Origin: Macrostomum lignano | Lineage: Eukaryota | Length of the DNA: 64,000 bases | Direction: 5' to 3' | NCBI GenBank assembly: GCA_002269645.1 | Contig: NIVC01001053.1 | Span: forward strand, 1 to 64,000 | Part shown: positions 37,211 through 51,370 of the stretch, piece after piece | How positions within the stretch are numbered: the first letter of the stretch is position 1 | How the letters are laid out: each line of letters starts with the position of its first letter | Notes under the pieces: generated by a model | Told to the model about the DNA's origin: nothing | The model's input: the letters and a program-made list of their open reading frames with translations, nothing else | The model's database searches: none | Program-made: the position numbers and the translations under genes

Positions 37211-40200
37211 AAAAGGTTTGCTAATTTTTAAAGGTTACACAAAAATACTGCATGTTCAAACTAACACTTTAGACCCGTTTCGAATTAACACTATAGACTT
37301 TTGCAAGAAGGAATAAGCCTTGTACATTTAAGCAAAACAACCAACATTAAATAACCAGCTTGTAATAAATGAAGCAAGCATCAACTTAGCATATTTTAAT
37401 TGGTATTTATCAATAACTAGATAGAAATGAAACTATGGAAAGTGCATTATCCTACCTAATCAATATTGTTGTCAATACTCAATATTTAATTCAGGTTTTA
37501 AACTACCAGTCACTTTTTGATCATTATTATCTTGAGATATTTGCATTCACTTTGTTCAACCATTCAATACTTTAAAAAATGTAAAATTCAAATAAATAAT
37601 ATAGATCTTATTTATATTGATCATTTTTTCACTTATTCTTTTTGTTTTTCACTGTTAGATAATATTCTAAATGACACAATCCTCAATTGTAGGCCAACTT
37701 GAAAAATAAAGCAATGCATTATACATAAGTGACAAAGGACAATAAATGTTTTTTTATGATGAAGAATGAAAATGTTACCCAAATAGATTTGATCAAGGAT
37801 GAATATATTTGAATATTACTCATGCTAATTCTAGAAAAAAACACAAATCAAAATATTGCATTCTTTCTTTTGTGCATTTTTAAGTATTATATTATAAACT
37901 GTGGCATTTATGCCATGGACATTAACAGACATTATAAACTCTTCCTATTTTCTATATGCACCCTTCCCTCTTTATCTAAATCACTATGCATCTGTTTGGT
38001 TCCTCATTGCTTTCTGTCTGTCTGTCTGCCTATATGTGACTCACACCATTGTCCGTGTCTCTCTACTGTCTATGTGCATTCCACTGCCTTCCCTCTATGA
38101 AGCTTGGGGTGTACCTACCCCAAAATATACTGCCATAAATGTGCCTCCCACTCTGCTTGGGAAGGGCACTTCTATTCCAGTATCTGTCTGCAATCCTCAG
38201 TTCAACATAGCAAACTATTTTGCGCTACAAGCCAGCCTTTGCCTTTCAAAGTTATTAAATAAACAAGTTCATTTGTTTTTATTACTAACAAGAACAGTGG
38301 CAGAGATGATAACAATAATTATGATATAGAAAAGGCTGAAAGTGGCACGTATTATATAGGGAAATATCTACCAAATAGAATTATTGAATAGGCCTTACAA
38401 CATAAAAGACATTGTGATAATAGCTTTAAAAGCTAGTAAGAAAATTGAAAGGCACTATTCAATTCTTTTTATAAGCTGCAATAATGCTATGGTTTATATA
38501 AATTATGCTAAGCAGCTAAAAGCTTCTATTGCTAGCAGAATTTTAACATCACTAATGTAGGTGAAATAGGCCTAGCTAATCAACATTAACATTAGCTTTT
38601 CATTCAGTTGGGGAGTTAAATGCAATGTTTTCATTAGTATTTATTTAAATATCCTAAATTTCCAAATATGGCTATCAATTAAATTCTAAATTTAATTTGT
38701 GGGATATACCTGTAAAGATTTTAAACCAATAATTGCAATTCCAAAGTATTTTAGTACTCTTTTCTATACCTTTAAAAAATAAATGATTGGCTTAAATAGA
38801 ATAATATTAGTCTTAGTTGCTTAATAAGTTCTTTGCCAATTCAAGGTCACAACTCTAAACAAGTAGAATATTTATTGTTTTTACTAACTAGCTTGTTTAT
38901 ATAAAATTGAAGTCTCTCTTCTTTTGAAGATGTTATCTATATCATAGAAGAATATATGTTTTAAATTGATCTTCATTTAAGCATTGCAAAAATAGTTTTA
39001 ATTCTAGTTTATGGCAGTTGTAAGAAACTTTTTTATTGTCCTGTATTACTGTTACAATTAAGGAGATTATTATTATAGTTTAATTTGCAAATGCATTTCT
39101 ATGTCAAAGACAATGATTATACCTTTAAGTCCTTTGACCAATGGTTATACCTGGATTATTAAAGAAAACATATAAGCCAAAGGCAACTTCTATCTATCTT
39201 ATGCTAATAAATGAATCAATTTAGCAATAGTCAATAATGCTTTACTTTTTCAATTTGCAAGGCTCTTTAGCTGCACAAGATTCAAATATAAAGTCTTAAG
39301 CAAATGAATTGCTTAAAGATAGCAACTAGTTAACTATGATTAAGGAGTATACAACAGTATACATAGAAATTTATTTAGTTTTTTATTTGTCTTTATTTGT
39401 CCATTATAAATATTCAATTATGACAATAGTCAATGATTAATATTACTATCTACAAGGTACTATCTATAACTATATACTTTTCTATAGGTTAATAATACCA
39501 GTTTCTAAATTCATTCTTTTGAGCATATTGTTGATAATATTTTATGATCTAGCAATGTATATACTCAATTAACTTATTTCAAAGGCATCTGATTAAGGGT
39601 GAAAATGTATATTTATAGATTTATATATTACAAAAATGTCTGTTTTAGTTTTATCAGACACTATACTACATTATATTTTGCTTATCTTATCCATTTTTAA
39701 GAAGAATAAAAGAAAAAAACTTAAAATCATATATGGCTTATTTTCTTTATAATACTATTTGCAAAGTTAGGATTAGAACAGGAATTTGCTCCTGTTTGTT
39801 TGTTTGTTAATGTTGATGTGGCTATGGGACATCCTGCTAAGCTTGCAAATAGCCATTGTGACAATTGGAATGCTAGCAGTTAAGTTTATGCTTTGACATT
39901 AACTTTTGATATGTAATGTTTTGACATTTTGGCTACTTTGTAGATCTTGCCAACATTGTTGTATTTGTTCATTAATAATTATGATACTTTTTACTTCATA
40001 AAAATATTAAATTTGACTTTGAGCCTATGGCCTTATGAATATTGTTTGAGTTATGAGATAAAGTAACATTTTGGACAACCCTTTGAAATATAGTAATTAG
40101 AGTAGAAAAAACAATATGCTATTCCAGATTGGCTATATTTAATACTTTGAGTAGAGCAAAATTATTGTCTTTTAAGCTATAACTCTGCTAAAAATAGCTA

Positions 40201-40329
40201 TTATTTCATAATTTTTCACTTAAATAAAAATGGCCATAAACAAAACAGCTGCTAAAAATTGGCTTGCTACAAGAAAAACTCATTCAAAGTCAGTCTTAAA
40301 ACCATTGAGTGTTTATAGGGCATGCAACA

Positions 40330-40725
40330 AGCCTAGGAAAAGCATAGTCAAAACTGGAGCCTGACAGGACAATGCTTGACCGCATGTTGCATGACTCTTG
40401 GGATTTCCTCTGTCACCATAATTTGGCAGATCCCCTAACAGTCCCAATCTCAACCTGTGTGACCAATTTCTATTCTTCAGGCTGAAGAATGCACTCCGCA
40501 GTATGACCTTTAATAGCTTTCAAGAGGTTGAAGATGCCTTGTTGCAGGTGTTGCAAAGATCTCCGAAACTGCCCTCTGAAACCAGGTGGATCTGCTCATG
40601 GACCATTGCCAGCGTATGATTGCAGACAATGGACACTGCACTATTGATTAAAGTCAAAATATTTTAAGTTTTTACTAGTTTGCTTGTCTAGAGGTACTGA
40701 CAACAAGACTTTTGTTCCACCTGTA
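40330..40725 (+). mobile_element. Decayed mariner-type transposase C-terminus with a putative right TIR
   Basis: QDNA*PHVA, PNSPNLNLCDQFLFFRLKNALRSMTFNSFQEVEDAL, CQRMIADNG; TIR-like acttttgttccacctgta at the end. Confidence 0.7.
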
Positions 40726-42047
40726 GTAGTATTGTTTCTGTGTAGACTAAAATATACCTATGAAGTAGTATCCAAATATTTGCAGGAAATACTAGTTATC
40801 ATTTTATAATCATTTCCTTTGATTTTTCCTATAGGATCAAAGACATTTTTTATAGATTTTTGCACATTTATACCACCTTGTCATGCCTATGTTTGCATTT
40901 ATAAGTGCCAAATCCATAGGGTATTTGCTATAACAAAGGAATTGGCCTGACAGATAGTAAGTTATATGAATCTCTATATACTATTATGGCCTTAGGGCAA
41001 AGAAATGAATCATTTGAAGACTTTAAAAAATCTTAGATGTATAAATTATATAATTTTCTATTTGAAACAACTTGACTTTTAATTATTTTTTATTCTATAT
41101 ATACCATCATATACCATCTAGCATATAGAAGTTTTATATATAGCATTCATAAGAGAAAAAGTGGCAAAAGCCTATAAAAGGCTACAAATGATCACTTCAA
41201 TCAGCATTCAAAAGTCTAATCAGATTGATTCTAGACTTACAACTCTAAGGTATAAAGCATCTATATGCTCTGGTATAAGGACTTTTGCAGTCTTAGATCT
41301 AGTGGTTATATATAAAACATAATATATAGGGTATTGGCTTATAGAATTATAAAAAGTATAGTCAAAATTAGTTTTAAAAAAGAATCCCTAGTAGAATTTT
41401 TATAAATTTATATTATATCAAAATTCAACTGATATTCATGCCAATTTTTTTCAGTATGAGCAAAAGTGCTTCTTTTACAATTAGTTTACAATTAGATGTC
41501 CCACTCTAGTTAGCAGTTTCCATGCCTTCTTGAGCCATTGACTGCTACTAATGGCAGCTCTTCCTTTTTCCCTCTCCTTTTTTCACCTTTTGGCTGACTG
41601 TGTTCTCTTCCTTACCCTTCCCTTTTTGCTATGTTCTTGCTTTTTTAGTGTCTAAGCCTTTCTGCTTAGCCTATTCTTGGTTCATTGACTATCTGGCCCA
41701 CTTTTCCTGCAGGACCAGCAACATTGTCATTGCCTTGTTAATATAGACCTCTCCTGTGACTTACCCACACAGATGCGCCATTTCTTCAATCAAAGGCAAC
41801 AAACATAACTAAAGCTAGATTTTGGTCTAGTGGCCTGACAAGCATAGTTTCTAGCCCATTGCACCTGGAAGCAGGCTGCTAAGAGCTCAGAGGCACCTTA
41901 TATGAAAGTAATACTTTTAGCATCAGGCAGAAGCCATCCCAAAAGCCACTCAGCTTGAAGTGTACAATCTAGGCCCTAGCAAGGTTGCCAAGGCCAATGC
42001 TACTATGTCAATGCCTGACCTTAGGAAAGTTATAATGCTTATGTCAG

Positions 42048-43851
42048 TATAAAGAAAATACAAAAACTAAACTAACAACATTTTAATCAGAGTTAAATTG
42101 AATAAGATAAGGAACCAATAAATGGGCACAGGGCCCAAACTGATATATTTATAGAACATTAACTTTGAAGGGAGGGGGTTTGAACCCAGAATAATAAGGA
42201 GAGGGGTGGAGTGCGTGACTGAAGAGAGAGGTGAGAATGAAGAGCCAATCAAAAGGTGGCAAGGGAGAAAGAGATAAGAAAAACAAGATTGAGCTAGACA
42301 GAGAGAGAAAACAAAGTAAACAGAGACAAGTGAAGGTAAAATCTTAAAGAAATGACTAGGAAAGTTGCCACACCCCCAAAAATAGAACATTTTTAATTAG
42401 CAACTACCAATTGAAATTTGAGTTAGAATTAGGTTGAATCAAATTAGAAAACACATTCACAACAAATGGTGTACAAAACAATTAGAAAAATACATACAAT
42501 ACAACTAAGAATTTGAATACAAAAGCAGTAGAGTGAATGCAAAATATTAAGACAATTTCAAACTTAGATTTTTAATGAGTAGTTTTTTAAACCAATAAGA
42601 AGACTGAAAGGAATGAATAGAGATGAGACTTGATAGACCAGCCCCCCCTTAAAAATTGCAATTTTTAACTGATAACAACTGTCCGAGACAACTGGAGACA
42701 CTGACAAGAGAGGAGGGGACCAAGTGAAAAAAGTTTGACAAGAGACCGGTGAGATTGACTGCTGACACCAACTCCAAAAAAATGACGATAGCCTGAGTTG
42801 AATTGTGAATATGCCACCATCACTGACTCTGAAGACGAGATCAATAGCCGAGAAGAGGGAAAAAGCCACTGGCACCGACTCCAAAGAGGATACTGACAGC
42901 CCAAGTTGAAATGTGAATATGCTGCCGGCACCGACTCCAAAGACAAGACTGGCAACCAGAGATAAGCAACAAGGCCAACAACCAGAAATGAGTGACAAGG
43001 CTGGCAACCAGAAATGAGTGACGAGGCTAGCAACCAGAAATGAACGACAAGGCTGGCAACCAGAAATGAGCAACAAGGCTGGCAACCAGAAATGAGAAAT
43101 GAGGCTGGCAACTAGAAATGAGCAACAAGGCTGGCAACCAGAGATGAGATGATTGAGAGGCCAGCAGACAAGACAATTTGAGAGGCCGGCAGACAAGATG
43201 ATGAGAGGCTGGAGATGAGACAATTGAGAGGCCAACAGATGAGACAATTGAGAGGCCAGCAGACGAGATGATTGAGAGGAAGGCAGATGAGACAATTGAG
43301 AAGAAGGCAGATAAGACAGTTGAGCAGCCAGCACATGAGACGATTAAGAGGCTGGCAACCAGAGACGAGACAATTGAGAGGCTGGCAACTAGAGACAAGA
43401 CAATTAAGAGTTGATGATGGGATGACAAGATGACGCCAGGACAAGACTAAAAAAGCCAGCCAGCCAAGCTGGCAGCCACTTTATGAACTGACTACATCTT
43501 GTCTTGGGTTCTATTTTTGTTTGGGTGCCATGTAAAGAAAATACTAAACTAAACTAACTAAATTTTAATTAGTTAAATTAAATAAATAAGGAGCCAGTAA
43601 GTGGGCACAGGGCCCAAACTGATATATTTATAGAACATTAACTTTGGGGGGGGGGGTTTGAACCCAGAATAATAAGGAGAGGGGTGGAGTGTGCAACTGA
43701 AGAGAGAAGTAAGAATGGAGAGCCAATCAAAAGATGGCAAGGGAGAGAGAAATAAGAATAACAAGATTGAGCTAGACAGAGATAGAGAGAAAACAGAGTA
43801 AACAGAGACAAGTGAAGGTGAACTAAAGAAATGACTAAGAAAGTTGCGACA
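42048..43851 (-). mobile_element. Non-autonomous LTR retroelement (TRIM/LARD-like); LTRs 42048-42372 and 43531-43851; tandem-repeat interior
   Basis: Two ~320-bp direct repeats with TG..CA-type ends; PBS-like TGGCACCCAA abutting the right LTR on the minus strand; G-run abutting the left LTR; flanks GTCAG/GTCAA (5-bp TSD, one mismatch). Confidence 0.8.
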
Positions 43852-45504
43852 GTCAATGTAGTTAGCTCCATTAAGACCATAGAGACCAAGATGAATGCTA
43901 CTATGCCATGCATACTCATGGAGCCATCTAGCTGCCAAGCTCTAGTAGGCTTTACCAATGGCCTTGCTACCTTCTTTGATTGTACTGGCAGACCATGAAG
44001 ATGTTTCTATCTAAATAGTTGACAAAACATCTTTATGGAACATCTTTATCTAAAAAATACCTGTCATTGCTAGCAACTGTGATCCCATTTCTTATTCTTA
44101 ACTTAGCAGATAGAGTATTAAAAAATATAAAGCAAATAACTATTATATTAGTATCTTTTTACCAATTAAATATAATAGCAACTAAGATAGCCCCTAGCCA
44201 TATGCTATAACTAAGTTGTATTTGACTTTGTGTATACCTAGGACTAGGTCTAGGCCTAAGCTTAAAATGACAAATAGGCCTAATAATTTTTAAGCAATTT
44301 CAAGGTTCTTTAACTTCTTAGAAAAAAACAATTTAAAATGAATACTAACACTTTAATCTCTAAGGCTTTTCATATTGCCTATTCTAGAATAGGCCCTAAG
44401 AATTGGTTCTAAGCTTTTCATATTATCTATTCAACTCTATTCCATTTTCAGAATTGGTTCTGGGTTATCCCATGATAGGGTCATCAAAGGTATAGAAATT
44501 TTTATAAAAATTATTTGCAAATGTGAATATTTCATTTTGTATATAATTATGTATAGTTTCATTTTTATGTAGTTTCATACACATTTATCTACCTCTAGGT
44601 ATATATATTTTGTTTTGATCATGGTACCCCTGCAAAATTTTAAATGTCCCGCGGGACTTTATAAAAAGTTTAATCTAGTTTTCAATAAGAAAAAAAGTTA
44701 ATAAACATAATGCATCAAGTGCATAAATAATAAAAATCTTTCTTTCTTATATCTAAAGACTGAAATTATAAAGTTTTATGATCTAATATAGTTCTATCTA
44801 TCATAACTTTTTATTTTAAAAAGTTTGACTTCCCTTTTTTTAAGTGTTAAAAACGACCATCATTTTTTTTACAAAAAGTTGTTGTACTAATTTTCAAGAG
44901 GTTTATAAGTTGATAATTTTTTGCTAAAATATTTTCTGAGCCTATATTTAAGTTTATAGTCATTTTTGTTAGTTTATGATAAGTTTAACATGCTAAAAAA
45001 ACCCTGCAAAGTTACCTAACGACCATCATTTTCTGGTATTCTGAAATCTGTTGATCTTCATAAAACCTGAATTATTATCATTTATTCCTAAATTTTATAC
45101 AAAAAACTGAATTTACTGATATTCTAAAATCATGTCTTTTTTTAAATGTGAACTACTTATTCAATCTCTCTTTCAAAGTTTTTACAGTTTTGATTGTAAA
45201 GAAAAATATAGTGGAATTCAAGTCTTTTATTAAAAATGTATACTGTCAATTACTTGTTTGATACCTTAAAATCATTTTCAACCTGCACTATTAAAAAGGT
45301 TGTTCCAATTACTAACCATGCACCTAGAACTCTCCACTTTAGTTTGCAACTAGCAATCTTCGCCCCCCGATGGGGGACATCTGGATAGAATCTCTGTTCT
45401 CTACAATTAACAAAAAGACAGCCAAAAAATCCTTCACAAATACAACAGACAAACTGCTCAAATGAAGTGAATTGCAATAAGAAATCTTCCCAAGACCACA
45501 AGCA

Positions 45505-46000
45505 TCCCCCAGATAGCAAGCATCCTCCAGATAGCAAGCATTCTCCCAGATAGCAAGCATTCCCCAGATAGCAAGCATCCCCAAGATAGCAAGCATCCCC
45601 CAGATAGCAAGCATCCCCCAGATAGCAAGCATCCCCCAAGATAGCAAGCATCCTCCAGATAGCAAGCATCCCCCAGATAGCAAGCATCCCCCAGATAGCA
45701 AGCATCCCCCAGATAGCAAACATTCCCCAGATAGCAAGCATCCCCAAGATAGCAAGCATCCCCAAGATAGCAAGCATCCCCAAGATAGCAAGCATCCCTC
45801 AGATAGCAAGCATCCCCCAGATAGCAAGCATCACTCAGATAGCAAGCATCCCTCAGATAGCAAGCATCCCTCAGATAGCAAGCATCCCTCAGATAGCAAG
45901 CATCCCCCAAATTGCAAGCATCGCCCAGATAGCAAGCATCCCCCAGAAAGCAAGCATCCTCCAAATAGCAAGCATCCCCCAGATAGCAAACATCCACCAG
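45505..46000. repeat. 18/19-bp minisatellite (agatagcaagcatccccc)
   Basis: Direct reading; a short version recurs at ~49200-49270. Confidence 0.95.
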
Positions 46001-46094
46001 ACAATAAGTAGCTAGAGCGACAATTTCCTTAGCTTTATAGTGGCTCCTTTAAATTGGCATGGCGCTTTATACCTTTACATTTGAAATTGGATAT

Positions 46095-47600
46095 CTTGAA
46101 TGTTTGACATGGTGGCTCTTTTATGTTTGAAATAGTGGCTCTTCTATGTTTGACATGGTGGCTCTTTTATGTTTGACATGGTGGCTCTTCTATGTTTGAC
46201 ATGGTGGCTTTTTTAGGTTTGACATGGTGGCTCTTTTATGTTTGACATGTTGGCTTTTTAATGTTCGACATGGTGGCTTTTTAATGTTTGACATGGTGGC
46301 TCTTTTAGGTTTGAACTGGTGGCTCTTTAATGTTTGACATGGTGGCTCTTTAATGTTCGACATGGTGGCTCTTTAATGTTTGACATGGTGTCTGTTTTAT
46401 GTTTGACATGGTGGCTCTTTAATGTTCGACATGGTGGCTCTTTAATGTTTGACATGGTAACTCTTTTATGTTTGATATGGTGGCTCTTTTATGTTCGACA
46501 TGGTGGCTCTTTAATGTTCAACATGGTGGCTCTTTAATTTTTGAAATGGTGGCTTTTTTTGTTTGACATGGTGGCTCTTTAATGTTCGACATGGTGGCTC
46601 TTTAATTTTTAACATGGTGACTCTTTTATGTTTGATATGGTGGCTCTTTTATGTTCGACATGTTGGCTCCTTTAGGTTTGAAATATTGGCTCTTTAATGT
46701 TTAACATGGTGGCTTTTCTATGTTCGACATGGTGGCTTTTCTATGTTCAACATGGTGGCTCTTGTATGTTCGACATGGTGGCTCTTTTAATGGTCGACAT
46801 GGTGGCTCTTTAATGTTCTTCATGTTGGCTCTTTTATGTTTGACATGGTGGCTTTTTTATGTTTGACATGGTGGCTCTTTTATGTTCTACATAGCTGCTC
46901 TTTTATGTTCGACATGGTGGCTCTTGTATGTTCGACAGGGTCACTTTTTTAGGTTTGAAATGGTGGCTCTTTAATATTTGACAAGGTGGCCCTTTAATGT
47001 TTAACATGGCGGCTCTTTAATGTTCGACATGGTGGCTCTTTAATGTTCTTAATGGTGTCTGTTTTATGTTTGACATGGTTGCTCTTTATTGTTCGACATG
47101 GTGGCTCTTTAATTTTTAACATAGTAACTCTTTTATGTTTGACATGGTGGCTATTGAATGTTCGACATGGTTGCTCTTTAATGTTCGACATGGTTGCTCT
47201 TTAATGTTTGACATGGTAACTCTTTTATGTTTAATATGGTGGCTCTTTTATGTTCGACATGGTGGCTCTTTAATTTTCGACATGGTGGCTCCTTTAGGTT
47301 TGAAATGGTGGCTCTTTAATGTTTGACATTGTGGCTCTTTAATGTTCGACATGGTAGCTCCTTTAGGTTTGAAATGGTGGCTCTTTAATGTTCTTAATGG
47401 TGTCGGTTTTATGTTTGACATGGTGGCTCTTCTATGCTCGACATGGTGGCTCTTTAAAGTTTGACATGGTGGCTCTTTAATTTTCGAAATGGTGGCTGTT
47501 TTATGTTTGACAAGGTGGCTCTTTTATGTTCGACATGGTGGTTCTTTAATGTTCGACATGGTGGCTCCTTTAGGTTTGACATGGTGGCTCTTCTATTGTG
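46095..47600. repeat. 23-bp satellite array (tttaatgtttgacatggtggctc)
   Basis: Direct reading; the same unit occurs at 49380-49745 and 50550-50630. Confidence 0.95.
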
Positions 47601-48215
47601 CTTTTTTTATGTTTAGCAGTTTTTTGATTTTAAGGTGTTTTAATAAAAAAATTATTTTGCGCTTCTAAGATTCGAACCCAGGTCGCTACATTAGCATTCC
47701 AGTCTGTTCGCATCAGGGCTATCTCTTTTCAATTAGAGAACATGAATTGTGGCCCTTATAATTCAATTCTTACAGCAAGTCAATTGGAGTAAAAAGTTAT
47801 GACAATCAATTTCTCAGTCAGCCAGTATCAGTCTCACTTCAAGTTAGCAATATGGTTACACAATTTAAATCATGTCGTATGTGCATTTCTTCGGCACTGT
47901 TTTCAACTTGTTGTGATGCAATCTTTATCACAATCGGAATTCAGCCAGTCAGATTTTTCTCTAGCATTCTTACAATGCATTTCAAGTCGAAAATTTGGCT
48001 TGACCTTTGCAAAAAAGCGTGTTTTTCGAATATTTAATCCCTTTAACATTGAGCAATTTCTTAGCCAAGATGCATGTACTGTGCCAGGAAAATTTCTGAT
48101 CGAATGGTGCAAGTTTGAAGAAAATCGGTTGAGCCATTTTTTCTGAAATCAATCGCATACCCATATACCTACATACATACATACATACAGACAACTCATT
48201 TTTAGTATATAGGAT
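47600..48215 (+). mobile_element. DINE-1/HINE-like (Helentron-associated) non-autonomous element, 3' part, copy 1
   Basis: aagtttgaagaaaatcggttgagcc core, (taca)n microsatellite, end acagacaactcatttttagtatataggat; paralog at 50620-51370. Confidence 0.6.
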
Positions 48216-50160
48216 GCACCTTAACACATGCCCTAATCTTCAGCATAAGTAGTCTAACTAGACTCAAGTTTTTACTATCCATTGGTGCTACTGCTTATTG
48301 CCTAACAAATAATCTGTATTTGCCTTTGGTTTTGTTAATTGTTATATTCTATTCTTTCAATTCTTGAATAGATTAGGACTGTCCATCTTTATGATCATAT
48401 GTTGAGTTGTGCAATCATGAAGTGATGTTTTTGTTGAAGGTGCATAAGTACGTTTGATCTGAAATGTGAAATAGGTATAATAAATTTTATGGTTAGACAA
48501 GCAAGTTATAGTTTTTATATGAACAACTATGGATTATAAACAATCTTTTAACTGAGATCTTATCTAAAAATAGAGAATCCTAATACACTTTTTAAAACTG
48601 AAGGTTGTTTTTTTGAAACAAACAACCGTCAGTTAATGACCGTCATTTAAGAAAAAATGTGTAACACAGTTCAAGTTATCTACTAAAATGTAATAATTGT
48701 TTGTAACCATTCATCTAGCTATTGTTTACTACAATTAATGATCAATTGAGACAAAAACTTGCCTGATTCGCAGGAATCTTAAACTTAAGTTATAAAGTTG
48801 GATAGGCCCTACATAAAATTTCACCAAAAACGACCGTCATTGAAAGTTTCTCTCTGCTAAATCAACACAGTAAGACAAATGACTTTAAAATGTATATCAT
48901 CTCAATCTAGAGATCACGCCCATAAATATAGAACTCACAAAGTCTCAATTTAGTTTGTCTTTTGTATGATTACTGATTATTATTTGCTCCAACCCAACGA
49001 CCGTCATCTCGTGGAATTACCCTTCTAGATTCTAGAATTTCTAGAACTCTAGAATTTAGTTTGAGAACTAGCAATATTTGCCCCCCAATGGTTGATGGAG
49101 GACATCTAAATAGAATCTCTGTTCTCTACAAGTAACAAAAAGACAGTGAAATAAAACCTTCACAAAGACAACTGACATTCCCTCTAAAAAGAAAACATCC
49201 GGAGATAGCAAGTATCCCCCAGATAGCAAGCATCCCCCAGATAGCAAGCATTCCCTAGATAGAAAGCATCCACTAAACAACAAGTAGCTAGTGCAACAAT
49301 ATCCTTAGCTTTAAAGTTGCTAAATTTTGTTTGGCATGACACTTTTTTACGTTTGAAATGGTGTATTTTTATGTTTAAAATAGTGTCTTTTTATGTTTGA
49401 CATGGTGGCTCCCTTATGTTTGACAGGGTTGCTCCTTTATGTGTGACATGGTGACTCTCTTATGTTTGACATTGTTTCTCTTTAATGTTTGACATGGAGT
49501 CATATATATGTTTGACATGGTAGCTCTTTAATGTTTGACATGGTGGCTCTTTTATGTTTGACATGGTGGCTTTATTATGTTTGACATGGTGGCTCTTGAA
49601 TGTTTGATATGGTGGCTCTTGAATGTTTGACATGAAGTCACGTATGTTTGACATGGTAGCTCTTTAATGTTGGACATGGTGGCTCTTTAGTGTATGACAT
49701 GGTGGCTCTTTATTGTTTGAAATGGTGGCTTTTTTATGTTTGACATGGAAATAGAGCCTCTTTATATCGCTGGTTCAAAAAATGGAACCGGTTCCAAACT
49801 GGTTCAACGCTCTTTATATAAATGGTTCAAAAAACAGAATTAGTTCCAGAACATAGTTTTGGTTCTAGAATATGGTTTGAGAAATTTTCTCAAACCAATG
49901 TCATGTTTACACTTTAACAGTAAAATATAGTTGAAATTGTCAATTTTTTATTATTGTTATATAACTTTTCTGTTTTTTTGTTATATCCAAGAGGAAACAA
50001 AGTCAAAGAATGACAAAATTAAATTGTAAAGGCTGTCAAACATAAAATGGGTTCAAAGCTCCTCATTTCACACTGGTTCTAGTTCTAGAACTCGAATGTA
50101 GCTCTTTAATGTACAACATAGTGACTCTTTTATGTTTGGCATGGAGTCACATATATGTTT

Positions 50161-50549
50161 GGTAATCTTTTCTTACCCGACCATAAATTATTTTCTAAGT
50201 TTTTTGCGAATTTTTTTATATTTAAAATGTAAATATTTTTTACAGGCTTACGGTAAAAGCTAAAAGTCAGCATGGGTAAAAGTCAGCATGGGTAGTAGTG
50301 CCGGACCCAGTAAATGAAATTTTTAAAATTAACTAGCCATTGATGAAAGGATGCAGAAAACACGTTAAAGACATGAGAAAAAATTTTTGAGGAAAATTAT
50401 TAAAAAATTAAAAAATCTAAAATTAAAAACATTTTTTTCTTTTCTTAAAATGTGCGCCCCACATATATACACAACTTCAGCCAAAAAAATTAAAAGAAAC
50501 TGAAACAGGAAGCCAAAAACAATTTACGGTCGGGTAAGGAAAGATTACC
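50161..50549. mobile_element. MITE with 29-bp TIRs and 8-bp TSD (Merlin-like GGTAA termini)
   Basis: ggtaatcttttcttacccgaccataaatt / aatttacggtcgggtaaggaaagattacc; TSD ATATGTTT at 50153-50160 and 50550-50557. Confidence 0.88.
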
Positions 50550-50619
50550 ATATGTTTAACATGGTGGCTCTATAATGTTTGACATGGTGGCTCTATTATG
50601 TTTGGCATTGTGGCTTTTT

Positions 50620-51370
50620 TATTTTTGACATTGTGCTTATTTTATGTTTAGTATTTTGTTTTTAAGGTATTTTATTAGAAAAAATTATTTTGCACTACTA
50701 AGATTTGAACTTAGGTCACTACATTAACAGTCTAGTTTGTTTGCATCTAGGCTATCACTTTTCAATTGGAGAACATGAATTGTGGCCCTTATAATTAAAT
50801 ACTTATAGCAAGTCAGTTAAAGTAGAAAGTTATGACATGATCAATTTCTCAGTCAGCTAGTATCAGTCTCAATAATTTAAGTTAGGCCTAGTAATAGGCC
50901 TATTGGTTAGGGCCTACACAATTTGGCTATCCTGTAGTTTCGCACGTTAAATTATTTTACGGAATTATTTCGCCCTCTATTCAAGGGTGGTGGGGGGTGG
51001 GGGTTATAATTAAACATGCGAAACTACAGGATAGCCCACAATTTCAATCAAGTCTTATGTGCATTTCTTTGACACTATTTTTAACTTCTTATGGTATTCT
51101 TTTTATTAGAATTGAAATTCAGTCAGTCAGTTTTTTTCTAGCATTTTTACAATGCATTTCAAGTCAAAAATTTTGCTTAGCCTTAGCAAAAAATCATTTT
51201 TTTGAATATTTAATCCCTTTAACATTGAGCAATTTCTTAGCCAAGATTCATGTACTGTCCCAGGAAAATTTCTAATTGAATGGTGCAAGTTTGAATAAAA
51301 TTGGTTGAGCCAATTTTTCTGAAATCTATTACATACCTACCCACAGACAACTCATTTTAAGTATATAGGA
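50620..51370 (+). mobile_element. DINE-1/HINE-like element, 3' part, copy 2 (interrupted by a MITE)
   Basis: Co-linear with 47600-48215, including the cagacaactcatttt..gtatatagga end. Confidence 0.6.
50925..51036. mobile_element. 112-bp MITE with ~31-bp TIRs and 8-bp TSD
   Basis: ggctatcctgtagtttcgca / tgcgaaactacaggatagcc; TSD CACAATTT at 50917-50924 and 51037-51044; empty site in the paralog near 47858. Confidence 0.9.

Noticed and set aside
42564-43444. ORFs of 110-256 aa on the minus strand
   Set aside because: Translations of stop-poor tandem repeats inside the LTR element; no gag/pol motifs
45250-45997. Three overlapping 160-180 aa ORFs
   Set aside because: Products of the 18-bp minisatellite
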